From Candidatus Hydrogenedentota bacterium (lineage in GTDB: Bacteria; Hydrogenedentota; Hydrogenedentia; Hydrogenedentales; SLHB01), in assembly GCA_963668025.2 (NCBI GenBank), contig CAXXTH010000017.1:1120001-1184000 (forward strand): a stretch of DNA of 64,000 bases, given 5' to 3'. Below the pieces are notes generated by a model, which saw only the letters and a program-made list of their open reading frames with translations, was not told the origin of the DNA and searched no databases. Position 1 is the stretch's first letter, and each line of letters starts with the position of its first letter. Shown here piece by piece: positions 1 through 8,954 of this stretch. The position numbers and the translations under genes were made by a program.

Positions 1-1
1 G

Positions 2-193
2 AATGCGGCCAACGAAACCGCCGTGCAGGCCTTCTGCGGCCACCGGCTTGCCTTCCTCGAAATCGCGGAAGTAGTCCGCCGTGTGATGGAGTCCTGTCCC
101 GGCTCAGTGCAGACGAATCTCGACGCCATCCTGCACGCCGATGCCGAAGCGCGCCGTATGGCGGAAGAAGTCATCCACCAGCTTGCGCACTGA
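2..193 (+). CDS. dxr: 1-deoxy-D-xylulose 5-phosphate reductoisomerase, C-terminal part (truncated by window edge)
   Basis: Manual translation NAANETAVQAFCGHRLAFLEIAEVV...AILHADAEARRMA*; NAANE motif; conserved dxr-rseP order. Confidence 0.92.
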   Translation, partial: NAANETAVQAFCGHRLAFLEIAEVVRRVMESCPGSVQTNLDAILHADAEARRMAEEVIHQLAH

Positions 194-207
194 GTTATTC
201 TCTTTTG

Positions 208-237
208 TTGACAAGTACGCTCAAGAATTTCCACAAT
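208..237 (+). promoter_or_regulatory. possible sigma70 promoter for rseP
   Basis: TTGACA-N18-CACAAT. Confidence 0.35.
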
Positions 238-310
238 TGGTGAATTTTGCCGTTGCAATCGGTGCATCGCCGCAGTGTTGAAAAGCGGTGCTTAAAGGAG
301 CTGCGTATAT

Positions 311-2077
311 ATGGTTGATTTACTGGTATTTTTTCTCGTGCTCGGGCTTCTCGTGTTTTTTCACGAGATGGGCCATTTCATCGCCGCGAAGGTTTGCGGG
401 GTGTATGTCGAGCGTTTTAGCCTTGGAATGCCGCCGCGCATTTTCGGCATCAAGTGGGGCGAGACGGATTATTGCATCGGCTTGACGCCTATTGGCGGCT
501 ACGTGAAAATGGCTGGGCAGGAAGATGTGCCCACCAGCGAGGAAGAACGAGAAAAAGAATACGCCAGCATTCCCAAAGAGCGCTGGCTGGATCAGAAACC
601 GCGCTGGCAGCGGGCCATCGTGTTCGCGGCAGGGCCGTTCATGAATATCGTGCTGGCCGTGCTGCTTTATGCCCTCGTGGCGGCTTGTGGCGAGGATGTG
701 CCCGCCTCGAAATTCGACAACCGCATCGGCGCTATCCTTCCGGATTCGCCCGCCGCGACGGCGCAGCTCTATAAGATGCCCGCCTCGGGTGAGCCGGATT
801 TCTCCGCGCAACCGGACGCCATCGGTTGGAAGACAGGCGACCGCGTCCTCAGCGTGAATGGCGAGCGCATTGAAAGCATTGCAGACGTGGCGTTCAACGC
901 CATTCTGGGTTCAGGCGAAAAAATGCGGGTGGAAATTGAGCGGATCGGCCCCGATGGGCAGCCCGCGCCATTCATATCTTTGGTTGAACCCGTTCCGCTC
1001 GAGGGAGAACGGCATCCGCGTTTTGGCATTGCGCCATTTAATGCCGCATTGGTGGGGGAAGTGCTCGATGACACACCGGCCAAGGCCGCAGGCCTCCAGC
1101 CGGATGATATTATCGTGCGCGCGGATGGCGAGCTTATTGATTCCCAGTCATTCTCGCAAGCCGTCTCGAAAAAAACGGGGAACCAGCCCGTGGATCTCGA
1201 GATAAAGCGCGGCGATGAAACGATACATATCCAAACGGTTCCCAAAGTGATTGGCAGTTTGGGGGCCGTGTTTACCCCGCCGCTGTTTTCGGAAGAAGCG
1301 GCGGAGCGGGAAGAACAGCCCACGGTAATCGCGATTGAGCGGCGGAACACCGCCGGTTCGGATGCTAAACAGGCTGGCATTTTCGAGCTCTTCCGCCGCA
1401 TGTTGCAGAAGGATACGGAAGCGCCTGGAAAATCCTGGCTGCTGCCCAAAGATCAGGTGCTCGAAATAGACGGGCAGCCCGCCACCGTGGCGGCGCTTGA
1501 CGCGCTTACGCTGGCCCGGCCAGACGCCACCGTGCAGCTTACCGTGCATCGGCCCGCGATATTGGGAGGCTTGCTGCGTCCTGAAAGCACCGAGACGTTT
1601 CCCGTGACGCTCAAGCCCGAGGGAAAACTCGGCATTGTGTGGAAAACGGAGATGGTCTTCCACCGGGTGCCGCCAATGGAAATCGCATCGGACGCGATAG
1701 CCCGCTCGAACCAGGCGCTGGCGCGCACGCTGCGTGTGCTGGGTTCGCTGGTGACCGGCGGGCTGGGCATGAAGGATTTGGGCGGCCCGGTGATGATCTT
1801 CCGCGCTACGACTCAAGCGCGCCAGATGGGCCTGACTTGGCTGATCGAGATCACGGCGTTCATCAGCATCAATCTAGCGGTCTTCAATCTGCTGCCGCTG
1901 CCGGTGCTGGATGGCGGACATTTGATGCTGCTTTGTGTCGAAGGCGTGCGGCGCAAGCCCGTCAACGTGCGCATTGTCGAAAGAGTGCAGCAGGCGGGGC
2001 TATTCCTGATCCTCGGGCTGTTTATATTTGTCATCTTTAATGACATTCGGACTTGGATCAATGATGTTATACCGTAA
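311..2077 (+). CDS. rseP: RIP metalloprotease RseP (M50) with multiple PDZ domains
   Basis: HEMGH zinc motif, GGYVKM, NLLPLPVLDGG, PDZ-like repeats. Confidence 0.95.
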   Translation: MVDLLVFFLVLGLLVFFHEMGHFIAAKVCGVYVERFSLGMPPRIFGIKWGETDYCIGLTPIGGYVKMAGQEDVPTSEEEREKEYASIPKERWLDQKPRWQRAIVFAAGPFMNIVLAVLLYALVAACGEDVPASKFDNRIGAILPDSPAATAQLYKMPASGEPDFSAQPDAIGWKTGDRVLSVNGERIESIADVAFNAILGSGEKMRVEIERIGPDGQPAPFISLVEPVPLEGERHPRFGIAPFNAALVGEVLDDTPAKAAGLQPDDIIVRADGELIDSQSFSQAVSKKTGNQPVDLEIKRGDETIHIQTVPKVIGSLGAVFTPPLFSEEAAEREEQPTVIAIERRNTAGSDAKQAGIFELFRRMLQKDTEAPGKSWLLPKDQVLEIDGQPATVAALDALTLARPDATVQLTVHRPAILGGLLRPESTETFPVTLKPEGKLGIVWKTEMVFHRVPPMEIASDAIARSNQALARTLRVLGSLVTGGLGMKDLGGPVMIFRATTQARQMGLTWLIEITAFISINLAVFNLLPLPVLDGGHLMLLCVEGVRRKPVNVRIVERVQQAGLFLILGLFIFVIFNDIRTWINDVIP

Positions 2078-2082
2078 TAAGC

Positions 2083-2124
2083 TCCGACTGATCCGACCGA
2101 TCTGACTGATCCGTCGGATTTGAC
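2083..2124. repeat. 9-nt periodic repeat (TCCGACTGA-like) in the rseP-lysC intergenic region
   Basis: tccgactga tccgaccga tctgactga tccgtcgga. Confidence 0.6.
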
Positions 2125-2171
2125 AATATGGCAAACCGCCCCGGAGGGGCCAACAGGAGCAGCATACGCAT

Positions 2172-3479
2172 ATGGGCACGCTAACATGCAAATTCGGCGG
2201 CAGCTCGCTTGCCGACGCCGGTTGTTTCCGGCAGGTCGAGCGCATCATCACCTCGAATCCCCACCGGCGCTTCATCGTCCCGTCGGCCCCGGGCAAGCGG
2301 TCGCCAAACGACAAGAAGATCACGGACTTGCTGTATGCCTGGCATAACCTGCTTAGCCAAGGGCTTGACGCTTCGGAACCGCGCGGGCTCATTGCGGAAC
2401 GTTTCCGTGAATTATCCGCCGAATTGGGCATCACCTTCGATATTGACGCCCACCTGGAACAAATCGTGGCCGAGGGCGGGCATCATCCCGAGCCGGATTA
2501 TATGGCTTCACGCGGTGAATACCTGAATGGCTTGCTTTTAAGCGGGCTGCTGGGCGCGACGTTTGTCGATCCCGCCGAGTGCATTAAGTTTGACATGGAG
2601 GGACGGCTGGATCCGTTCTCGTACGAAATGCTCGGGCAGCGCCTATTTGGGCAGGGGCTGTTTGTCATACCGGGATTCTATGGCTCCACGCCGGATGGCC
2701 AAATCAAGACGTTCTCACGCGGGGGCAGCGATGTATCGGGGGCCATCGTGGCGCGCGCCTCGGATTCGAGCATGTATGAGAACTGGACGGATGTCTCCGG
2801 TTTTCGCATGGCGGATCCGCGCATCGTGCCGGACGCCAAACGCATTGACGAAATCACGTATAGGGAATTGCGGGAGCTTTCGTATATGGGCGCGAATGTG
2901 CTCCATGATGAAGCCATATTCCCCGTGCGCGAACCGGGTATCCCGATCAACATCCGCAACACAAAAGACCCGGATAATGCAGGTACGATGATTCTGCCCA
3001 CGCGCGAAGCCAAACACCCGGTCGTGGGTATCGCGGGGCGCAGGGGCTTCACAATGCTGAGCATCGAGAAGACCTTGATGAATAAAGAGCGGGGATTCGG
3101 GAGGCGGGTGCTCTCGATCCTCGAAGAATTCAATATCAGTTTCGAGCATATGCCCACCGGCATTGATACGTTATCGGTTATCGTGGAGGACAAGGAGCTG
3201 GCCAATCATAGCGCGGCGATCCTCAAGGCCATCGAGCGCATCTGCGAGCCGGACCGCGTAACGGTGTCCCAAGACCTCGCCATGATCGCCACGGTCGGCC
3301 AAGGCATGACCGGCCACGTGGGCATGGCGGCGCGGCTCTGCTCGGCCCTGGCCAAGGCTTCCGTGAATATCCGTGTCATCGACCAAGGCTCTTCGGAAAA
3401 CAACATCATTGTGGGTGTGAAGGCGGAAGCGCTCGAGATCGCCGTGAAGGCCATCTATGGGGCGTTCGCGGAAATATAA
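2172..3479 (+). CDS. lysC: aspartate kinase
   Basis: KFGGSS, TFSRGGSD, WTDVSG, ADPRIV, two C-terminal ACT domains. Confidence 0.93.
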   Translation: MGTLTCKFGGSSLADAGCFRQVERIITSNPHRRFIVPSAPGKRSPNDKKITDLLYAWHNLLSQGLDASEPRGLIAERFRELSAELGITFDIDAHLEQIVAEGGHHPEPDYMASRGEYLNGLLLSGLLGATFVDPAECIKFDMEGRLDPFSYEMLGQRLFGQGLFVIPGFYGSTPDGQIKTFSRGGSDVSGAIVARASDSSMYENWTDVSGFRMADPRIVPDAKRIDEITYRELRELSYMGANVLHDEAIFPVREPGIPINIRNTKDPDNAGTMILPTREAKHPVVGIAGRRGFTMLSIEKTLMNKERGFGRRVLSILEEFNISFEHMPTGIDTLSVIVEDKELANHSAAILKAIERICEPDRVTVSQDLAMIATVGQGMTGHVGMAARLCSALAKASVNIRVIDQGSSENNIIVGVKAEALEIAVKAIYGAFAEI

Positions 3480-3485
3480 AGAACG

Positions 3486-3652
3486 AGACCACGAAATACA
3501 CTAAATACACTAAAATATGTAGCAAATTGAACGATCTAAGTGAATTAGGTCGCTTAGACAAGCATTTTTGTAACATATATTATTTAGATCCGATAATGCC
3601 AGATCCGACATATCCGAGTAGGCTTTAGTGTATTTAGTGTATTTCGTGGTCT
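3486..3652. repeat. 167-bp element bounded by perfect 29-bp inverted repeats
   Basis: AGACCACGAAATACACTAAATACACTAAA (3486-3514) and exact reverse complement (3624-3652) around an AT-rich spacer. Confidence 0.9.
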
Positions 3653-3674
3653 AACAACCTAGAGGAACCTCGTC

Positions 3675-5105
3675 ATGCGCCGGACAAAAATCGTATGCAC
3701 GATTGGGCCTAGCTCGGAGAGCGAAGAGCGGATCCATGAATTGATCCGCGCGGGCATGGACGTGGCCCGGCTCAATTTCTCTCATGGAGAGCATGCCGAC
3801 CATGCGCGCGCCCATCAGCGGATTCGAGAGGCCGCGTCGGATTTGAACCGGCCCGTGGCCACGCTGATGGACCTCCAGGGGCCGAAGATCCGCACGGGCC
3901 TCCTCGAAAACGGCGCGCCCATCGAGCTCAAAGACGGCGCATCTCTGATCATCACCACCGAGAACATCGCGGGAACCGCCGCGAGGATCTCGACGACCTA
4001 CGCCGAACTGCCCCAGGATGTAAAACCTGGCGATACCATCTCGATGGCGGATGGCGTCCTCGAACTCAAAGTCGAAGCCGTATCCGCGCCCGAGGTGCGC
4101 TGCCGGGTTATCCATGGCGGAAGCCTGGGCCAGCATAAGGGCATCAATCTGCCCGGCGTAGCCGTGAGCGCGCCCTCGGTCACGGAAAAAGACATGGAAG
4201 ACCTGAAGTTTGGGCTTTCGTTGGGCGTGGACTACGTCGCGTTGTCCTTCGTGCGGCGTCCCGAGGATATCCGCAAAGTGAAACGTGCGATTCAGGAGGC
4301 CGGTTCGCGCGCCCAAGTGGTGGCGAAAATCGAGCGGCCCGAGGCCCTTGAATGCTTCGAGGATATACTGGCCGAGACCGATGTGGTCATGGTGGCCCGG
4401 GGCGATTTGGGCGTCGAGGTGCCGCTGGACCAAGTGCCGCAGATCCAGAAAGATCTGATCCGCAAGTGCAACGCTTACGGCACGCCCGTCATTACCGCCA
4501 CGCAGATGCTCGAGTCCATGATGTCCAATCCGCGCCCCACGCGCGCCGAGGCCAATGACGTGGCCAACGCCATTTATGACGGCACCGACGCCGTCATGCT
4601 TTCCGGCGAGACGGCGGCGGGGCGTTTTCCCATTGAATCCGTATGCACCATGGCCCGCATCGCGCAAGCCGCCGACGAGGCCATCGCCCGCATGCCTGCT
4701 CCGCACGGGGATGACCATTTCGACGTGCATGCCAACGCCTTCAGCAAGGCCATCGGCAACGCGGTGTACCACACGTGCGAGGCGTTGCGGCCCCGGCGCA
4801 TCGTCTGTTTCACCAGTTCCGGCTACACCGCCGCCCGCATCGCCCGTTACCGTCCCCGCGCGCCCATCAGCGCTTTCACGCTCACGGAAGAAGCCCAGCG
4901 GCGTTGCGCGCTCTATTGGGGCGTCGATGCGGTGCTTTGCCAGGAGGAGCGGACTATTGATGAGATGATGGCCACCATGGACCAGATGCTGTTGGCGCAC
5001 GGCCTCGCGCAAATGGGCGACACCATCATCGTGGCGGCAGGCACGCCGCTCGCCGTGGCGGGGCGCACCAACCTAATGAAGCTGCATGTAGTGGGCGATA
5101 CATGA
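3675..5105 (+). CDS. pyk: pyruvate kinase
   Basis: RRTKIVCTIGP, ARLNFSHG, DLQGPKIR, MVARGDLGVE, MLSGETA. Confidence 0.97.
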   Translation: MRRTKIVCTIGPSSESEERIHELIRAGMDVARLNFSHGEHADHARAHQRIREAASDLNRPVATLMDLQGPKIRTGLLENGAPIELKDGASLIITTENIAGTAARISTTYAELPQDVKPGDTISMADGVLELKVEAVSAPEVRCRVIHGGSLGQHKGINLPGVAVSAPSVTEKDMEDLKFGLSLGVDYVALSFVRRPEDIRKVKRAIQEAGSRAQVVAKIERPEALECFEDILAETDVVMVARGDLGVEVPLDQVPQIQKDLIRKCNAYGTPVITATQMLESMMSNPRPTRAEANDVANAIYDGTDAVMLSGETAAGRFPIESVCTMARIAQAADEAIARMPAPHGDDHFDVHANAFSKAIGNAVYHTCEALRPRRIVCFTSSGYTAARIARYRPRAPISAFTLTEEAQRRCALYWGVDAVLCQEERTIDEMMATMDQMLLAHGLAQMGDTIIVAAGTPLAVAGRTNLMKLHVVGDT

Positions 5106-5109
5106 GAGT

Positions 5110-5159
5110 CGTAGCATGGCCGTCCCGGCCATGCGCATGGGCGGGACGCCCATGCTACG
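5110..5159. repeat. REP doublet (REPIN-like), copy 1
   Basis: GTAG-CATGGCCG-TCC-CGGCCATG followed by an inverted partner ending CTAC; 48-bp core identical (reverse complement) to 36429-36476 and 57011-57058. Confidence 0.88.
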
Positions 5160-5237
5160 GAATGCGGCAAACCGGAAACTACGGAGGCGTCCGGTATATG
5201 TGAAGGGCGTATGCATTACAATGGATTTTTTATTTCA

Positions 5238-5387
5238 CCACGGGGACACGGGGGAGCGCATGCCGCATATTCACGATAGGAGTTTTTTGACCGCATAACA
5301 GCATCTCTTCTTTCTTTATACATAATACCAGTTCTTTCGATTTAGGCCACTTTTCCCGCCTCGCTCTAGCTCCCCGTGTCCCCATGG
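5238..5387. repeat. element bounded by imperfect inverted repeats
   Basis: CCACGGGGACACGGGGGAGC ... GCTCCCCGTGTCCCCATGG with AT-rich spacer. Confidence 0.7.
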
Positions 5388-5395
5388 CAAAACAT

Positions 5396-5878
5396 TTACG
5401 CGCCCACCTGCGCTAGAATCACTACGTAGTTTTTCCCGTATTTCTTGGCGCATTTCGGGCATGTGGTGTAATAGAAATATAACTTTTCGAGGCGTTTGCC
5501 CTTGCCCGCCACGAACGCCTTCATCTCCGTAATCCATGCGCCCATGTTCCGGTACGGCCCCTCGAACACCTTCGAGAGAAACGTTCCGGAAATAGTGGCC
5601 ATTTGCGCGCCGGGCACATCTTTGGCGGTTTCGATATACACATCCGCACCCCATAAGGAATTTTCATCCGAAAGGACCACCATGTTTTCTAGCCCCGCAT
5701 CTGCCGCTTGGATGGCGGCCATATTCCGCCGCATCACCGCGCCGAAATTGAGCGGAATGTGGAACACGCTGATCACGCGGTCTTTGATGAACCGCCTGTC
5801 CTCCCAGCGCAACTCCTTTTCGTCCCAAGGCTCCGGTTCAAACTGAGGGCAACATACATCGCTTGCATCGGTATCCAT
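5396..5878 (-). CDS. conserved hypothetical ('hydrolase'/GyrI-like small-molecule-binding family)
   Basis: N-terminal CCP.F.PEPWD, KVFEGPY, C-terminal YYTTCPKCAKKYGKNYVV; GGAGG RBS. Confidence 0.75.
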   Translation of the reverse strand: MDTDASDVCCPQFEPEPWDEKELRWEDRRFIKDRVISVFHIPLNFGAVMRRNMAAIQAADAGLENMVVLSDENSLWGADVYIETAKDVPGAQMATISGTFLSKVFEGPYRNMGAWITEMKAFVAGKGKRLEKLYFYYTTCPKCAKKYGKNYVVILAQVGA

Positions 5879-5929
5879 CGGTTTTTCCTCCCTAGAAATC
5901 TAGCCCCAAAACAGAGTCATCTTTTTCAT

Positions 5930-6011
5930 CGCAGAGGCGCAGGGAACGCGGAGATTCGCGGAGAGGATTCCATCCTATGTGATATCTCTGCGCATCTCCG
6001 CGCCCTCCGCG
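5930..6011. repeat. palindromic repeat family A, copy 1
   Basis: CGCAGAGGCGCAGGGAACGCGGAGATTCGCGGAGAG...CTCTGCGCATCTCCGCGCCCTCCGCG; near-identical to 6842-6923. Confidence 0.85.
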
Positions 6012-6039
6012 TTTGGTCTCATATCATTTTTTCTTTTTT

Positions 6040-6066
6040 GACAAGATTTACAAGATGCACAAGATT
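6040..6066. repeat. palindromic repeat family B, single arm
   Basis: GACAAGATTTACAAGATGCACAAGATT, related to 53709-53740 and inverse of 16146-16183. Confidence 0.65.
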
Positions 6067-6076
6067 ACCCTTCTGG

Positions 6077-6793
6077 TCACCCTGCACCGTTTACGCCCTC
6101 AGGCTCCGGAAAACGGATCTCGATCTCTTCGTCTCTCTTCGGCAGCATCTGGAAAAAGAGCGCCATGGGCGCGAGCATACACCAAATGATAGAAAGCGGA
6201 ATCCACATAAGGATCTCATCCACGGAGCTGCGAATCCTTCTACCCGCAAGGGATCCGGGATATTTTATTTTAGTGAAACCGGACACTTCCCGGCGGGCGT
6301 CGAGCAAACTGCGAACGGAAGGGAAGGGTGTAAGGGCTGTCTCCATCAAAGATGTGGTTTTCCGTTCGCGCCGCGAGTTGAACCAGAAAAGCGCCATCGA
6401 GACGGGTCCAAACGGTAGCGCGTAGATATAGAAAAAGCCTCCCGCGATGGATGGAATCAGGCCTGGAAGGCATAGGACGAAACATATGGCGGCTATCACG
6501 TTGGTGGAGCCCCATCGCCACCGAGGAGACGCCATCCTGAGTTCCCTGGCGGACTCTAGAAGCAGGAGATGCCGGTTGAAGTAGTCCCATTCTTCTTTTG
6601 AGGCGGCGATTGGATGGTCTTTGCAATCATCGTAGAAGAACCACAGTTGCTTCCGGACGAAATGCACGGTTTCGTCACCGGATGTGGCCTCGATTTCTCC
6701 GAGCATGTCGTCAAATTGAAAAGCGGTGATCTCCTCGCTCATGTACGAACGTATCGCCTGCGCCATCTGGTTTCGAGCGTCTCGATCTACCAT
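6077..6793 (-). CDS. hypothetical membrane protein (paralogue of 6950-7660)
   Basis: 238 aa, WFFYDDCKDH motif, hydrophobic segments, GGAGGT RBS. Confidence 0.8.
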   Translation of the reverse strand: MVDRDARNQMAQAIRSYMSEEITAFQFDDMLGEIEATSGDETVHFVRKQLWFFYDDCKDHPIAASKEEWDYFNRHLLLLESARELRMASPRWRWGSTNVIAAICFVLCLPGLIPSIAGGFFYIYALPFGPVSMALFWFNSRRERKTTSLMETALTPFPSVRSLLDARREVSGFTKIKYPGSLAGRRIRSSVDEILMWIPLSIIWCMLAPMALFFQMLPKRDEEIEIRFPEPEGVNGAG

Positions 6794-6841
6794 TTATACC
6801 TCCAAATCCACCTATGTTGAAGAAAGCATACTTCTTTTCAT

Positions 6842-6923
6842 CGCAGAGGCGCAGGGAACACGGAGATTCGCGGAGAGGATTCTATTTCATGTGATATCTC
6901 CGCGCATCTCCGCGCCTTCTGCG
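6842..6923. repeat. palindromic repeat family A, copy 2
   Basis: same arms and spacer as 5930-6011. Confidence 0.85.
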
Positions 6924-6949
6924 CATCTCCGTCTTAGTTAAATTCAATA

Positions 6950-7660
6950 TTAATACGTAATCCTCGTTTTGCTTTGCTTGTCTCTTTCTGGCAGTACTTG
7001 TAGGAGAAGCACGACAGGGGAGAATAAACACCAAATCAAGAAAAGCGGGAGCGCAGTAATCCAGCTTTGTCTTGCTCGTCCACTCAATACTAGGTCTGCA
7101 CGCGAGACTAAAGAGCTTATAACTTTAACATTGTTCTTTTCGCTGTAATTATTAAGCAAGATATCTACCAAACCAAAAGACTTAAGCCTTGTTTCCCAGT
7201 TCGAATTGGCCTCTGCAATATACTTCGCGCGAAACCAGGCGAGACATATCGATACCATTGTACATCCCAACAGACAGCAACCCAACAAAAGAGTCGAATG
7301 TGGGGACTTGCTCGCTGGCAATGCGGCCGCAACAAATACGGTGTAACAGGCCGCAGCTATTGCTTGCCTGAGCCCCCATCGCCACGGAGTCACCGTGATT
7401 TCGATCTCCTGATCCGAATCTAGGAGTCGGATACAGCGTTCCAGAAATTCCAATTCCTCTTTCGTGGCGACGATCTTGTGAGCTTCCATATCGTCATAGT
7501 AATACGCCTGTATTTTCCCTATTACAAAGGCTGCTGTTTCGTCTTTGGTAGCCGCCCGGATTCCATAAGTCGTTTCATCAAATTCATCGGAGGTAGTCTC
7601 CTTGCTCATGTATGACCGTATCGCCTTCGTGATTTGCTCTCGTGTGTTTTGTTCTACCAT
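6950..7660 (-). CDS. hypothetical membrane protein (paralogue of 6077-6793)
   Basis: shares AIRSYMS.E.T, YDD...H.I.A.KEE, PWRWG, IWC..P..L..Q.LP.RD; start moved to ATG 7660 by GGAGGT RBS and paralogy. Confidence 0.78.
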   Translation of the reverse strand: MVEQNTREQITKAIRSYMSKETTSDEFDETTYGIRAATKDETAAFVIGKIQAYYYDDMEAHKIVATKEELEFLERCIRLLDSDQEIEITVTPWRWGLRQAIAAACYTVFVAAALPASKSPHSTLLLGCCLLGCTMVSICLAWFRAKYIAEANSNWETRLKSFGLVDILLNNYSEKNNVKVISSLVSRADLVLSGRARQSWITALPLFLIWCLFSPVVLLLQVLPERDKQSKTRITY

Positions 7661-7707
7661 TTTTACCTCCAAGTCCACCTAAGTTGAAGAATACATGCTT
7701 TTTTCAT

Positions 7708-7741
7708 CGCAGAGGCGCAGGGAACGCGGAGATTCGCCGAG
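7708..7741. repeat. palindromic repeat family A, left arm only
   Basis: CGCAGAGGCGCAGGGAACGCGGAGATTCGCCGAG; probable degenerate right arm at 8898-8919. Confidence 0.75.
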
Positions 7742-7777
7742 CGATTATCCGTAAAAACATCAGCAAGGTTATGAATT

Positions 7778-8830
7778 TCAAGTACAGATATTTTTATGAG
7801 TATGCCTATGTTGTATATCTGGATTATGTTCATGGGTATGGATGATCTCTTCGTGTGTATGTTCGTGGGTATGCTTATTGTGGAGATCCGGATCTATTTC
7901 ATGGACATGATTGTGATGGCCATCACTGTGAATATGCATGTGAATATGAGTGATTCTATGATGGGCGTGTGTATGGTTATGGGATGGAATGTTGCTAAAG
8001 AAAATTCCAATACATAAAATTATTACTGCAACTACTGTAATTGTGGTTACCGGTTCTTTTAGGAATATAAACGCTATGGCTATTCCCCAAAAAGGTGATG
8101 TGCTGAATAATACTTGGCTTTTCGTGGCTCCCAAGTTTTGCGCGGAAGTAATATAAAAATATATACTTATTCCATATGATATAATTCCTATGATTAAGGC
8201 GGCGCAAATATATTTTGCCGATATGCTTTCATTGCCCAGCATCATTCCTATACACAAATTTACTGATCCTCCAAACAATCCTTTAATAAAAGTGGTTGTT
8301 TGCGGGGTAATTCCATCGACAATCGATGTTAATTGATTATCAACTCCCCAGCAAATACATGCAGCAAGAACAAATAATCCGGAAAGAAATCCGCTAGATT
8401 CCTCTTGGTATGATATCAATATTCCAGCTATTAATGTGAAAATAATTCCTATTAAGGAAAATTTGTCAATATGTTCTTTGAAAACCAATACTCCTAGTAT
8501 GGCGGTAGCGGCCAATTCTAGATTCAACCATATGGAAACAGACATCGAAAGAGCAGTTTTGAGACCGAGCATCAAAAAAAGTGGCCCCAATAATCCACCA
8601 AAGAGAACGATTCCCGCTACATGCTTTGCTTTTCCAGTTTTAGCTAATGTTAGCAATACATCTCTTTTATTAGCGATAACGTATGGAGTGAAAGCTAATG
8701 CAGAACCGATATACAGCAATCCGGCCAATTGAAAGCTATTCAAAACAGACAATGAGACTTTGCTTAGAGGCGTTGCCGTTCCAAAAAGCAATCCGCTTAG
8801 CAATCCTAATAATATTGAAAACATTCTCAT
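7778..8830 (-). CDS. DMT/EamA family transporter with His-rich C-terminal tail
   Basis: about 10 hydrophobic segments, CWGVDN motif, tail with many HxH repeats; markedly AT-rich. Confidence 0.85.
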   Translation of the reverse strand: MRMFSILLGLLSGLLFGTATPLSKVSLSVLNSFQLAGLLYIGSALAFTPYVIANKRDVLLTLAKTGKAKHVAGIVLFGGLLGPLFLMLGLKTALSMSVSIWLNLELAATAILGVLVFKEHIDKFSLIGIIFTLIAGILISYQEESSGFLSGLFVLAACICWGVDNQLTSIVDGITPQTTTFIKGLFGGSVNLCIGMMLGNESISAKYICAALIIGIISYGISIYFYITSAQNLGATKSQVLFSTSPFWGIAIAFIFLKEPVTTITVVAVIILCIGIFFSNIPSHNHTHAHHRITHIHMHIHSDGHHNHVHEIDPDLHNKHTHEHTHEEIIHTHEHNPDIQHRHTHKNICT

Positions 8831-8954
8831 GCCTTAACACTTTAACCGAAAATTCTACTTATCATATTTTTATTCAATTGCACCGCTTCTTCCACGTGAA
8901 TCTCCTCGACTCTGCGTTGCATCTAAAACACCCATTGGAACGGATGGAAACAGC

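Noticed and set aside
2078-2171. Lysine riboswitch before aspartate kinase
   Set aside because: Interval is too short and is occupied by a 9-nt repeat.
3651-5012. Long antisense ORFs (also 10389-11816, 32621-33961, 41767-42828)
   Set aside because: Shadows of well-supported genes, expected from high-GC codon bias; no motifs.
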